Origin: Mobula hypostoma
Taxonomy: Eukaryota
Direction: 5' to 3'
Assembly (NCBI RefSeq): GCF_963921235.1
Contig: NC_086109.1
Location: 7,752,001-7,816,000 of the forward strand
Length of the DNA: 64,000 nucleotides
Each line of letters opens with the position of its first letter. The stretch's first letter is position 1. The notes beneath the pieces were generated by a model. It saw only the letters and a program-made list of their open reading frames with translations. It was not told where the DNA came from and ran no database searches. The translations under genes and the position numbers were made by a program. Below are positions 11,832-23,431 of this stretch, in pieces.

Positions 11832-12150
11832 GTAAAGGTATCCGTTACTCTTGCGAGACCATGGACCTGCACTTGGAAAGTCTTTACTCTCCAGGGCGCA
11901 GGCCTGGGCAAGATTGTATGGAAGACCAGCAGTTGCCCATGCTGCAAGTCTCCCCTCTCCACGACACCAATGTTGTCCAAGGGAAGGGCATTAGGACCCA
12001 TACAGCTTGGCACCAGTGTTGTCGCAGAGCAATGTGTGATTAAGTGCCTTGCTCAAGGACACAACATGTTCCCTCGGCTGGGGCTCGAACTCACGACCTT
12101 CAGGTAGCTAGTCCAATGCCTTAACCACTTGGCCACGTGCCCACGTGGCC
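11832..12150 (-). mobile_element. tRNA-derived CORE-type SINE, full length
   Basis: Minus strand A box TGGCCAAGTGG, B box GAGTTCGAGCCC, core-like GTGTCCTTGAGCAAGGCACTTAA; TSD TATTCAATAAA at 11821-11831 and 12151-12161. Confidence 0.85.
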
Positions 12151-12526
12151 TATTCAATAAATCTATAGAATAATAACTATCACAGCATCAATGAAACACT
12201 GCCCAACTACAGTGCTCAAGCAGAGTGCAGAAGACAACAAACTGCAAACATGAAAGGAGAAATAGTATTAATAAACAAATAAGCAATAAATACGGAGAAC
12301 ATGAGACGAAGAGTCCTTGAAGGTGAGTCTATAGGTTGTGGGAACAGTTCAGTGAGGGGGAGCAAGTGAAGTCGAGTGAAGTTATCCCTTCTGGTTCAAA
12401 AGCAATTGTTCCTGAACCTGATGATGTGAGTCCTGAGTCTCCTGGTACCTTCTTCCTGACGGCAGCAGCAAGAAGAGAGCATAACCTGGGTGGTGGGGGT
12501 CCCTGATGATGAATGTTGCTTTCCTG

Positions 12527-13011
12527 TGTCATGTGTGAAGCCAAGCAGAGCTGCAGAACGAATGGTGCTAATGAGAGAGATAACGAAAGACAATGGAGAA
12601 ACATTCAAAATGCTAATAAGAGAGAAGAGAGAGATGAGGAAAGAGACACAACTCAGATGTTGCGCCCGTTTGCTTTGAACCTGAACTGTTTGAAGTTTGA
12701 TGGACAGGTGATACCCCATCAGGGGGATAAAAATAGCGGGTTTGCTAAGGCACGACACACACACGCCACGAGACCCTGGAAAGAGCAGTGTGCCCCACAA
12801 GTTGGTGGGAGTTTGGAGGACCGGTTCGCGGGAATCGGTCAGAGGCTCACAGGGTGAAAAGGTACGATCGGTGGGAACCTGGTGTGTGTCCGCCCTTGCC
12901 TGGGTGCCGGGTTCACCATGGAAGAACGATCGCGTCCGGAACAGAGGGGGCACAGTCGGTGACCACAGCTGGATCAGAAGGCATCGAAAGGTTTGCCTGA
13001 AACCAACTGCA

Positions 13012-13048
<37 letters not shown>

Positions 13049-13343
13049 AACGGTACAACAACAGCGATTACTTCAAACTGCATTAGACTGAACTGAACTC
13101 TGCTTCACCTTAAGACTGATCATTTTACCCCTAGACTGCGATAGAGCTTGGTTGATTCCTATTACCCTATCTCTGTGTATATGTGTATACTATCATTGTT
13201 AACCTGTTACATTTATATCCTTGCGGTTAGTGTACTGTATTACTTATTTCTTTAATAAAACTTTATTAGTTCCTAGTAATCACAGACTCTAACGAGTGTT
13301 CCATTTCTGCTGGTTTGGCAACCCAGTTATGGGGTACATAACA
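12527..13343 (+). mobile_element. Solo LTR (817 bp) inserted in a Rex-like LINE fragment
   Basis: TGTCATGT..ACATAACA inverted ends; 4-bp TSD CCTG; TATA-like GATAAAAA, AATAAA near 13254, internal (CT)n; host GCTTTCCTG|CGACAGCG restored on removal. Confidence 0.88.
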
Positions 13344-14489
13344 CCTGCGACAGCGTTTCATGTAGACGTGCTCAATTGGGAGAATGATGGCGCTGAACTG
13401 ATTGATGTTCTTAAATAGGCAACTCCTTATTCTGGGTCAATTTTAATTCAGTTAGATTCCCTCACAGAGAAAAATGTTCTCTCCGAATCTATTCTGTTAA
13501 ACCCTCTCAGAATATCTTTTTTACTTTCCAAAAACATCATCTCTCATTCTTCTAAGCCCTGTTGACTGTGAAGTTCTTCATGTCATTTTTGATTCTTTTT
13601 GCCACATATCATAGCAACCAATGTGCTGTGTGGAACTAACACAACGAGAAAAAAAAAGAAATGTTGTGTAATTGAATTACCAGGGATTAGGCGGAGACAA
13701 TTTCAGTGTTTTAAATGAGGATTGTATGACTTCCGAACAGCTTGTGTGCATGTCGCTGCGGGGTTATGCCTTTGCCATCACTAATGAAGATGTCATAGGA
13801 CTATCTTGAAGAAGAGCAGGAGAGTTCTTTCCTGTGTTCTGGCCCATAATTATGCAGCAAACATTAAATTATCGGGTCATTATTTTATTTCTGTCCATGG
13901 GAGACTCCTGCAACCATTTTCCACATTCAAACAATGACCATCCTACATAAAGTAGGCTTAGAAATGCTTTACAAATCCAAGTCTTGTTTTCTTTTTAATG
14001 CTGCCACAGGCAAGGAAATTCTAACTTCCCCAGGCAGAGCTCATTTAATGAAGTAAAATCCTGCAGCTTCATATTCATTTTTTCATCTTAAGTGTGTAAC
14101 CACGTTAAACAGCAAGTCAGGCAGATCAGTGAGAGATAAAGAAAGGTAACACTTTGGGCTAAGGAGCCTCCATTGGGTCTGCAAGGGTGTCTAATGGTAC
14201 TTCACTTTAATTCTCCATCCAAACCTTCCCCCCCTCCCAACCCTAGTCATCCCACTGACATCTTGGCCTCCAAAATACACCAAGGTTACGTCCGATGTGT
14301 CTTTTGCCTCAACTCCACCTTCTTACTTATTCTCCACAACCTTCGACCCCTCGTTACTCCAGAAATCTCCCTCAGCAGAGAGAGCTTTGATGTATTCAAT
14401 AGCTTGATCTTATGAAGATTTACAGTCATCTGAGAGAGGAACTTCTCTGTTCCTGTAACGGCCAGTGGAGGCTCGATGTAAACTTACGA

Positions 14490-14920
14490 CAATAAGACCA
14501 TAAGACCTCGGAGAAGGCCCATCGAGCCTGCTCCGCCATTCTATCATGGCTGCTTTGTTATTCCTCCCAACACCATCTCCTACTTTCTCCCTGTAACCTT
14601 TGATGCCCTTTCCAGTCAAGAACCTATCAACCTCTGCTTTAAATATACCCAACGACTTGACCTGCACAGCCATGCGCGGCAATGAATTCTACAGATTCAC
14701 CATCCTCTGGCTTAAGAAAATTTTCCTCATCTTAGTTCGAAATGGACATCCCTCTATTCTGAAGATATGCTGTCTGGTCCTAGACTCCCTCACTATGGGA
14801 AACATCCTCTCCACATCCACTCTATCTAGGCCTTTCAATATTTGTTAGGTTTCAATGAGATCCCCCCTTATTCTTCCGGTGAGTACAGACCCAGAGCCAT
14901 CAAACACTCCTCATATGTTA
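14490..14920 (-). mobile_element. CR1 3' fragment
   Basis: KSLGIFKAEVDRFL motif and CR1 3' UTR. Confidence 0.8.
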
Positions 14921-15019
14921 ACATAAGAAATAGGAGCAAGAGTGGGGCATCCTCATTAGAGGACTGGAGGAGGGGTGGGTCAATAACTTCAAATTGTTTG
15001 GCATTATCATTTCAAAGGA

Positions 15020-15545
15020 TTTGTCCTGAGATCACCACAAAAGCACTATTACAAAGAAGGCACAGCAATCCCTTTTATTTCTTAGAAGTTTACGTAGAGT
15101 CTAAATCGTGGACAAACTTCTATAGATTCACAGCACAGAGTATGGTAACTGCTTACACCACGACCTGGTGTGGAAACACCAATGGCCAAGAATGGAAAAG
15201 CCTACAAAAAGTAATGGATCACAGGTAAAGCTCTTCCCACCATTGAGGACATCTAGAAGAAGTATTGCCACAATAAAGCAGCGTCCATCATCAAGGGCCC
15301 CCACCATCCAGACCGTGCTGGCTTCTCGCTGCTGCCATCAGGCAGGAGGTACAGGAGACCCGGGTCCCACAAAACCAGGTTCAGAAACAGCTATTACCCT
15401 TCAGCCACCAGGTTTCTGAACCAGCGTGGATAACTTTGCTCACCTCAACTCTGAACCAATGGACTCACTCTCAAGAACTCTACAACTCATGTTCCCAGTA
15501 TTATTTATTTCCTTACTTATTTATAATAAAAATTATTTTTTTTAT
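15020..15545 (+). mobile_element. Rex1/Babar-like LINE 3' fragment
   Basis: NFYRFTAQS..WCGN..KSLQKV followed by PGHA/SGRRY-like sequence. Confidence 0.75.
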
Positions 15546-16774
15546 TCTACTTGTTCAGTTTGTCTGTGGGTGAGTGGGGGAGGAGGACTGAAGTAAGAAG
15601 CTGGAAGGGGATAGGTGGAAGAGGTAAAGGGCTGAGGAAGGAGGAATTTGATAGGAGAGGACAGTGGACCACAGGAGAAAGGGAAGGAGGAGGGGCACCA
15701 GAGGGAGGAGATGAAAGGATTAGTTTAGCAGGACATTTGATTACTAATTTAATTAGTTTGGCACAACAGTAGGAGCCAGATGTCTGCTTTCTGTTTGCAT
15801 TGTATTTTGTGTTTATTATGTTTATTTGTGGATAGTTAGTCACGTGGGTGAGGGTGTGGTAAAAGCTAAGTGGTTAGTTACATATTCATGCTTTGTCTTT
15901 AGTTAGGTTAGTTTGGTTAGATTTAGAGACAGCCGGGCATGAACACCAATGGCCAAGAATGGAAAAGCCTACAAAAAATAGTGGATACAGCCCAGCCCAT
16001 CACAGGAAAAGTCTTTCCGCCATTGAGCACGTCGACAAGAAGAACTGCCACAATAAAATAGCATCCATCATCAAGGGATGCATGCATCTTTTTGTTGGCC
16101 CCTTAATTTCTTAATCTTGCCTAATTACGTGGAATATAGCTAGTTTCAGTTTCTTTAGCTTTAATGCTTCCAGATTGTTTGTTTGGCTGATTGTGTAATA
16201 AAGGATCGAATATATTTCTTCGACTTTGAACACCTTTGTTATTGGATTGGATCTGGAGGTGCGTCATGCATCACAACTCCCTGTGCTTGGTCTCCAACAT
16301 CGGCAGTGGTTTGAGGAGTGCTAAAGGGAAAATAACAGCAGAATGCAGAATAAAGTCATTGATTTGTCACTGTAAACGAGGCAACGAAGGGAAAAGGCAA
16401 ATAAATCTATTCTTCGCCCTCTGTGGGACCTTCTTATTTTGGAATGTTGAATGGCTGGAGGTGATTAAAGGAAAACGAGGTCCGAAGTAGAAGACAAACA
16501 AGAGAAAATCTGCAGATGCTGGAAATCCAAGCAACGCACACAAGATGCCAGAGCAACTCAGCATTCATGGAAAAGAGTAAGTAACCGACGTTTCGGGTCG
16601 AGACCTTGATGCTGCCTGTCCTGCTGAGTTCCTCCAGCTTTCCAGCATAAGCAGAAGACGATAGGCCAGTGAAGTTAGCCTTGATTTGCAGTAACAAGTC
16701 AACCCAAACAACATAGGTCAGATAACCTCCAACATCAAAATCGTAACTGAACGAATTGTCATTTGCACAAGTAC

Positions 16775-17060
16775 GTGGTGGCGAGATAACGTAGTGGTTA
16801 GCATAACTGCTTTACACTGCCAGCAATCACTGATCAGGGTTCAATTCCCACTGCTGTCTGTGAGGAGTTTGTCCGTTCCCTGGATGCTCCGGTTTCCTTC
16901 CACATTCCAAGACGTACGGCTAGGGTTAGTAATCTGCGGGCATGCTAAGTTGGTGCTGGAAGCATGGCAACACCTGTGGGCTGCCCCCGGCACATCCCTG
17001 GCACAGGTAACACTGTATGTTTCAGTGCTTCAATTTTCATGTGACAAATAAAGCTAATCT
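16775..17060 (+). mobile_element. HE1/V-SINE-like SINE
   Basis: tRNA-like head GTAGTGGTTAGC..GGGTTCAATTCC, V-domain CTCCGGTTTCCTTCCACATTCCAAGAC, 3' GTGACAAATAAAGCTAATC. Confidence 0.75.
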
Positions 17061-18124
17061 CTTATTTCTTTTTTTAAAAAAATCAGGTGCAGCGAAAACC
17101 TTTCTTGCAGCACCATCAAACACATTAGGTTCATCACTAGGAAATCCCAAAGGAGATTGTTCTTCCTACGCCAATTTAGGAAACTTAACACCCCAGGGTG
17201 TATCCTGATGGATTTTTACTCAGCCATCATTGAGAGTGCTGTGACCACCTCTACCTTTGTTTAGTTTCCCGCCACCTCCTCCCTCTCCAAGTCCAGCTAC
17301 CACCATTAAAAGACATGTTCATTGCCACAGTGAAGAAAGGAGTTGGAAAAATTACTGCTGACTCCACCCTCCCGAGCAGTCACCTATTCACTAAATTACC
17401 ATCAGGGAGACGCTACCGGTCCATCACCACCAGGACTACAAATCATCTCCAAAGCTTCTTTCCTGTAACAATCCAGCTTCTCAACAAAACTCACTCAGGT
17501 GTAATCCCCTCACTGTTCCTGTACAACATCCATTACATGGCCTTTCCTGCTCTCTTTGTTCTGTTGACAATTATTGAGTCTGTTCATATGTTCACATATA
17601 TTTAAGGTATACATATGTGATTAGCCAGCTCCGTCATGGGTACTAAACTCCATAGTATCCAAAACAGCTTCAAGGAGTGATGCCTCAGGAAGGTGGCGTC
17701 CTTCATTAAGGACCCTCACCACCCAGGACATGCTGTCTTCTCATTGTTACCATCAGGAAGGAGGTACAGGAACCTGAAGGCACACACTCAGCGATTCAGG
17801 AACAGCTTCTTCCCCTCTGCCATCCGATTCCTAAATAGACATTGAACCCATGAACACTGTCTTACGACTTTTTAAAATTTTGTTTTTGCACTACTTATTT
17901 AATCTGTACTATTTAATATACATATATATAAAAATCTCTGTAATTCCATTTTTTTCTATATTATCATCTATTTCATTGTACTGCTACCACAAAGTTTACA
18001 AATTTCCCAACATATGCCAGTGATATTAAACAACAGGAATTCTGCAGATGCTAGAAATTCAAGCAACACACATCAAAGTTGCTGGTGAACACAGCAGGCC
18101 AGGCAGCATCTCTAGGAAGAGGTA

Positions 18125-18162
18125 CAGTCGACGTTTCAGGCCGAGACCCTTCGTCAGGACTA
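18125..18162 (-). ncRNA. Minimal type I hammerhead ribozyme (intact)
   Basis: uaguc-CUGACGA-agg gucucgg ccu-GAAA-CGUC-gacug: stems I and II pair, palindromic ACGU stem III, GUC triplet. Confidence 0.82.
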
Positions 18163-18185
18163 ACTGAAGGAAGAGTTCCTTCAGT

Positions 18186-18223
18186 TAGTCCTGACGAAGG
18201 GTCTCGGCCTGAAACATCGACTG
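18186..18223 (+). ncRNA. Minimal hammerhead ribozyme with one substitution in stem III
   Basis: uaguc-CUGACGA-agg gucucgg ccu-GAAA-CAUC-gacug; AUC triplet, ACGU palindrome broken. Confidence 0.65.
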
Positions 18224-19024
18224 TACCTCTTCCTAGAGATGCTGTCTGGCCTGCTGCGTTCACCAGCAACTTTGATGTGTGTTGCCAGTGATATTAAACC
18301 TGATACTGACCGTTCTGCTGATTGTTGATTGCTTGTGGCTGTTTGCACTATTGCCTTGAAAATTGGTGGTTGCTATTATGTTGTCTGTTACGGTATTGTC
18401 CTGTGTTTTATGTTTGGCACCGAACCACAATCAATTCTGATATGTTTCACCTACTGGCAATGAAGTGATTCTGATTCTGATCACAGGCATATAAGCAGCA
18501 CTCACAAGAAAAAGGTAAATTAACCATAAAATCCAAGATAATAAAAGAAAACACAATTAGAATGAAAAAAAGCCCACTGTAGTTCAAAATGGTTGTGGTA
18601 TTGCTGTACTGAAGTAGTGATTAGGGAGACTTCAGGAAGTGAATAGTTGAAGGGAACCTGGTGAGGGATTTCAGGCTCCTGTATCTCCTTCAGACATCAA
18701 TGGTCCTGGAGCCTTCCCTTCAGCAATATGGACATATAACTCCTCTTATTAAAAGAAATAGTCTTAATTCATTAAGCCATGGTGAAGATTTCCACTGCCA
18801 AGCACACTTACCGAAATTAGGAGCCTTTTCAAAGACTTCAGGGGAAATTCCACCCTCTATATGTCGATTCATTTGGTGCTGTTTCCATGGTTACTAGATT
18901 CCAAAACTGTACTTGATCCATTGGAAACTTGTATTTTGATCATTTTTCAATGCAGAGTGTTTGTACTTCAAATAAAATTCTACTCAAGAGTCTCTCTCTC
19001 TTGTTCTCCTTCAAGATTAAAAAA

Positions 19025-19245
19025 ACCATAGAAACATAGAAAACCTACAGCACAATACAGGCCCTTCAGCCCTCAAAGTTGTGCCGAACATGTCCCTACC
19101 TTAGAAATTACTAGGCTTACCCATAGCCTTCTATTTTTCTAAGCTCCATGACCTATCCAAAAGTCTCTTTAGAGACCCTATCGTATCCGCCTCCACCACC
19201 GTTGCCGGCAGCCCATTCCACACGTTCACCACTCTCTGATTAAAA
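19025..19245 (-). mobile_element. CR1 3' end (same subfamily as 43037-43318 and 56955-58610)
   Basis: FFNQRVVNVWNGLPATVVEADTIGSLKRLLDR; (TTCTATGT)n tail. Confidence 0.85.
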
Positions 19246-19282
19246 AACTCTACTGAGTCAAAAAGAATCCATTTTTGAAATA

Positions 19283-19790
19283 CCCACAAAATGCTGAAGG
19301 AACTCAGCAGGTCAGGGCAACACTCGCGGAGAGGAATGAACAGTTGACGTTTCGGGCAGAGACCCTTCTTCAGGACTGGAACGGAAAGGAGAAGAAGCCA
19401 GAATAAGAAGGTGGGAGAGAGAGGAAGTACAAGCTGGCAAGTGACAGATGAGACTGGGTGAGGGGGAAGATGTGAGGGGATAGGTGGAAGAGGTAAATGG
19501 CTGGAGAAGAAGGAATCTGATAGGAGAGGAGAGTGGACCATGGGAGAAAGGGAAGGAAGATGGAGCCCCAGAGGGAGGTGATGGGGAGGTGAGGAGAAGG
19601 AAGGGGTAAGGGGGGAGCCAGAATGGAGGATGGAGAAAGAAGAAGGGGAGGGGGAGGGAGTAGAAATCACTAGAGGTTAGAGAAATCCGTGTTCTTGCCA
19701 TCAAGTTGGGGGCTATCTAGACAGAATATGAGATGTTCCTCCCCCACTCTGAGGGTGGCCTCACCGTGGCAACAGAGGAGGCCATGGACC
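19283..19790 (-). mobile_element. PLE 3' fragment with near-intact hammerhead (19341-19378)
   Basis: Minus strand caguc-CUGAAGA-a ggg ucucug ccc-GAAA-CGUC-aacug, plus pyrimidine-rich tract. Confidence 0.78.
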
Positions 19791-20578
19791 ATCTGCCACA
19801 AACTGTGGCCACCCGTTTCAGTTCCATTTTCCACTTCTATTGCAGCATGTCAGTCTCTGTGTAAGATCCACACAGACACAGCAGTGGAGGTGTGGATTCT
19901 CTGCTACTGTGGGACGTCGCTGTGAGACATCATCGGTGGGAAAGTGATGCAGTCCCTATGGCGTCCGGTGTGGGATAGAGGCTTGAGACTTGGCTGTTGC
20001 TTGGCTAATGGTGAAGCAAATCACCTCAGAAAGCACAGGAATCAAAAGAAGAAATGATTTCCTATCAAGAAGTCAGTTTAGTTGTCATATATTATAATTT
20101 GTATGACTAGCAGTCCAGAGTTGAGGGTTGGAGGGGGTGGCAAAGATGCCACAAAGCCTTAAAGGCATTCGAAGGCACGAACCAGATCTGTGGACTGGGA
20201 ACGGAGGCGGGTAAACTATGGAAGCTTCTCATTGGCAACTGGGAGCAGGAGTGAATCCTCAGCCAACCAATCAGAGCTGCAGTCCTGCAGTTGCCAAGTT
20301 ACACATTGGTTTCGGTTGTACAATTCTAACTATTTTCAGATGACGGCATCTACACCATTGACGATATTATGTCAACATACACTCCGAAAGCTCATTAAAA
20401 AAATGGTTTCCTGTAGATTTAGTGGGAATACACCCACTCACTTGCGTATATGTGAGATCGGCCTCTGTGACTGTCAAATCCTAACATTTCCCAGAAGATG
20501 TGAAAAGGCTCGCTGCATAGCTTCATTACTAATTGTTGTGGAAAGAGAGGCTCTCAGTGGTTATTGGGGACAGCATGA

Positions 20579-23353
20579 TTGGGGAAGGCGGATGAGTTGA
20601 GGGCGTGGATTGACACGTGGAATTATGATGTTGTAGCAATTAGTGAAACTTGGCTACAGGAGGGGCAGGACTGGCAGCTTAATATTCCAGGGTTCCGATG
20701 TTTCAGATGTGATCGAGGCAGAGGAATGAAAGGTGGGGGAGTAGCATTGCTTGTTAGGGAAAATATTACAGCAGTGCTCAGGCAGGACAGATTAGAGGGC
20801 TTGTCCACTGAGTCCTTATGGGTGGAGCTGAGAAACAGGAAAGGTATGGCCACATTAGTGGGATTGTATTACAGACCACCCAATAGTCAACGAGACTTGG
20901 AAGAGCAAATCTGCAGAGAGATAGCAGGCAACTGCAGGAAACATAAAGTTGTGGTGGTAGGGGATTTTAATTTTCCATACATTGATTGGGACTCCCATAC
21001 TGTTAGGGGTCTAGATGGTTTAGAGTTTGTAAAATGTGTTCAGGAAAGTTTTCTAAATCAATATATAGAGGGACCAACTAGAGGGGATGCAATATTGGAT
21101 CTCCTGTTAGGTAACGAATTAGGGCAAGTGACGGAAGTCTGTGTAAGGGAGCACTTTGGTTCCAGTGATCATAACACCATTAGTTTCAATTTGATCATGG
21201 ACAAGGATAGATCTGGTCCTAGGGTTAAGGTTCTGAACTGGAAGAAGGCCAAATCTGAAGAAATGAGAAAGGATCTAAAAAGCGTGGATTGGGACAGGTT
21301 GTTCTCTGGCAAAGACGTGATTGGTAGGTGGGCAGCCTTCAAAGGGGAAATTTTGAGTGTGCAGAGTTTGTATGTTCCTGTCAGGATTAAAGGCAAATTG
21401 AATAGGAATAAGGAACCTTGGTTCTCAAGGGATATTGCAACTCTGATAAAGAAGAAGAGGGAGTTGTATGAAATGTATAGGAAACAGGGGGTAAATCAGG
21501 TGCTTGAGGAGTATAAGAACTGCAAGAAAATACTTAAGAAAGAAATCAGGAGGGCTAAAAGAAGACATGAGGTTGCCTTGGCAGTCAAAGTGAAGGATAA
21601 TCCAAAGAGCTTTTACAAGTATATTAAGAGCAAAAGGATTGTAAGGGATAAAATTGGTCCTCTTGAAGATCAGAGTGGTCGGCTTTGTGCGGAACCAAAG
21701 GAAATGGGGGAGATCTTAAATAGGTTTTTTGCGTCTGTATTTACTAAGGAAGCTGGGATGAAATCTATGGAATTGAGGGAATCAAGTAGTGAGACCATGG
21801 AAACTGCACAGATTAAAAAGGAGGAGGTGCTTGCTGTCTTGAGGAAAATTAAAGTGGATAAATCCCCGGGACTTGACAAAGTGTTCGCTCGGACCTTGAA
21901 GGAGACTAGTGTTGAAATTGCGGGGGCCCTGGCAGAAATATTTAAAATGTCGCTGTCTACGGGTGAAGTGCCGAAGGATTGGAGAGTGGCTCATGTTGTC
22001 TCGTTGTTTAAAAAAGGATCGAAAAGTAATCCGGGAAATTATAGGCCGGTGAGTTTAACATCAGTAGTAGGTAAGTTATTGGAGGGAGTACTAAGAGACA
22101 GAATCTACAAGCATTTGGATAGACAAGGGCTTATTAGGGAGAGTCAACATGGCTTTGTGCGTGGTAGGTCATGTTTGACCAATCTGTTGGAGTTTTTCAA
22201 GGAGGTTACCAGGAAAGTGGATGAAGGGAAGGCAGTGGATATTGTCTACATGGACTTCAGTAAGGCCTTTGACAAGGTCCCGCGTGGGAGGTTAGTTAGG
22301 AAAATTCAGTCGCTAGGTATACATGGAGAGGTGGTAAATTGGATTAGACATTGGCTCGATGGAAGAAGCCAGAGAGTGGTGGTAGAGAATTGCTTCTCTG
22401 AGTGGAGGCCTGTGACTAGTGGTGTGCCACAGGGATCAGTGCTGGGTCCATTGTTATTTGTCATCTATATCAATGATCTGGATGATAATGTGGTAAATTG
22501 GATCAGCAAGTTTGCTGATGATACAAAGATTGGAGGTGTAGTAGACAGTAAGGAAGGTTTTCAGAGCCTGCAGAGGGACTTGGACCAGCTGGAAAAATGG
22601 GCTGAAAAATGGCAGATGGAGTTTAATACTGACAAGTGTGAGGTATTGCACGTTGGAAGGACAAACCAACGTAGAACATACAGGGTTAATGGTAAGGCAC
22701 TGAGGAGTGCAGTGGAACAGAGGGATCTGGGAATACAGATACAAAATTCCCTAAAAGTGTCCTCACAGGTAGATAGGGTCGTAAAGAGAGCTTTTGGTAC
22801 ATTGGCTTTTATTAATCGAAGTATTGAGTATAAGAGCTGGAATGTTATGATGAGGTTGTATAAGGCATTGGTGAGGCCAAATCTGGAGTATTGTGTTCAG
22901 TTTTGGTCACCAAATTACAGGAAGGATATAAATAAGGTTAAAAGAGTGCAGAGAAGGTTTACAAGGATGTTGCCGGGACTTGAGAAACTCAGTTACAGAG
23001 AAAGGTTGAATAGGTTAGGACTTTATTCCCTGGAGCGTAGAAGAATGAGGGGAGATTTAATAGAGGTATATAAAATTATGATGGGTATAGATAGAGTGAA
23101 TGCAAGCAGGCTTTTTCCACTGAGGCAAGGGGAGAAAAAAACCAGAGGACATGGGTTAAGGGTGAGGGGGGAAAAGTTTAAAGGGAACATTAGTGGGGGC
23201 TTCTTCACACAGAGAGTGGTGGGAGTATGGAATGAGCTGCCAGACGAGGTGGTAAATGCAGGTTCTTTTGTAACATTTAAGAATAAATTGGACAGATACA
23301 TGGATGGGAGGTGTATGGAGGGATATGGTCCGTGTGCAGGTCAGTGGGACTAG
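20579..23353 (+). CDS. CR1 ORF2: APE endonuclease plus reverse transcriptase, uninterrupted 924 codons (TTG is not a true start)
   Basis: APE motifs ISETWL, YRPP, GDFN, SDH; RT motifs NYRPVSLTS, QHGF, DFSKAFD, GVPQGSVLGPLLF, FADD, DLG. Confidence 0.95.
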   Translation: MGKADELRAWIDTWNYDVVAISETWLQEGQDWQLNIPGFRCFRCDRGRGMKGGGVALLVRENITAVLRQDRLEGLSTESLWVELRNRKGMATLVGLYYRPPNSQRDLEEQICREIAGNCRKHKVVVVGDFNFPYIDWDSHTVRGLDGLEFVKCVQESFLNQYIEGPTRGDAILDLLLGNELGQVTEVCVREHFGSSDHNTISFNLIMDKDRSGPRVKVLNWKKAKSEEMRKDLKSVDWDRLFSGKDVIGRWAAFKGEILSVQSLYVPVRIKGKLNRNKEPWFSRDIATLIKKKRELYEMYRKQGVNQVLEEYKNCKKILKKEIRRAKRRHEVALAVKVKDNPKSFYKYIKSKRIVRDKIGPLEDQSGRLCAEPKEMGEILNRFFASVFTKEAGMKSMELRESSSETMETAQIKKEEVLAVLRKIKVDKSPGLDKVFARTLKETSVEIAGALAEIFKMSLSTGEVPKDWRVAHVVSLFKKGSKSNPGNYRPVSLTSVVGKLLEGVLRDRIYKHLDRQGLIRESQHGFVRGRSCLTNLLEFFKEVTRKVDEGKAVDIVYMDFSKAFDKVPRGRLVRKIQSLGIHGEVVNWIRHWLDGRSQRVVVENCFSEWRPVTSGVPQGSVLGPLLFVIYINDLDDNVVNWISKFADDTKIGGVVDSKEGFQSLQRDLDQLEKWAEKWQMEFNTDKCEVLHVGRTNQRRTYRVNGKALRSAVEQRDLGIQIQNSLKVSSQVDRVVKRAFGTLAFINRSIEYKSWNVMMRLYKALVRPNLEYCVQFWSPNYRKDINKVKRVQRRFTRMLPGLEKLSYRERLNRLGLYSLERRRMRGDLIEVYKIMMGIDRVNASRLFPLRQGEKKTRGHGLRVRGEKFKGNISGGFFTQRVVGVWNELPDEVVNAGSFVTFKNKLDRYMDGRCMEGYGPCAGQWD

Positions 23354-23431
23354 GCAGAAAATGGTTTGGCACAGCCAAGAAGGGCCAAAAGGCCTGTTTC
23401 TGTGCTGTAGTTTCTATGATTTCTATGGTTT
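20580..23431 (+). mobile_element. Young CR1 (HER1-like) LINE, 5'-truncated at the start of ORF2
   Basis: TSD CATGAT at 20574-20579 and 23432-23437; 3' UTR with (TTTCTATG)-type tail. Confidence 0.93.

Larger units (their letters stand above)
18032..18285. mobile_element. Palindromic PLE-derived mini-element, copy B
   Basis: 110-bp arms 18063-18172/18176-18285 with 3 transition mismatches and a 3-nt loop; 17-bp direct repeat TGCCAGTGATATTAAAC at 18015-18031 and 18283-18299. Confidence 0.92.
17670..18310 (+). mobile_element. Rex1/Babar-like LINE 3' end, host of palindromic PLE copy B
   Basis: IKDPHHPGHAVFSLLPSGRRYRNLKAHTQRFRNSFFPSAIRFLN; 3' UTR GCCAGTGATATTAAACCTGA. Confidence 0.82.

Noticed and set aside
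12070..12142. tRNA gene (also at 24884-24940 and 38970-39041)
   Set aside because: tRNA-like heads continue into SINE bodies; no complete cloverleaf or terminator seen
12396..13086. Overlapping ORFs up to 221 aa
   Set aside because: Lie mostly within a solo LTR and a (CT)n tract; no gag or pol motifs
18051..18291. Near-identical ORFs on both strands (also at 2598-2846)
   Set aside because: A consequence of the palindrome, not evidence of coding
19830..19925. Possible splice acceptor and exon
   Set aside because: All frames close quickly or give no recognisable peptide; no supporting neighbouring exons
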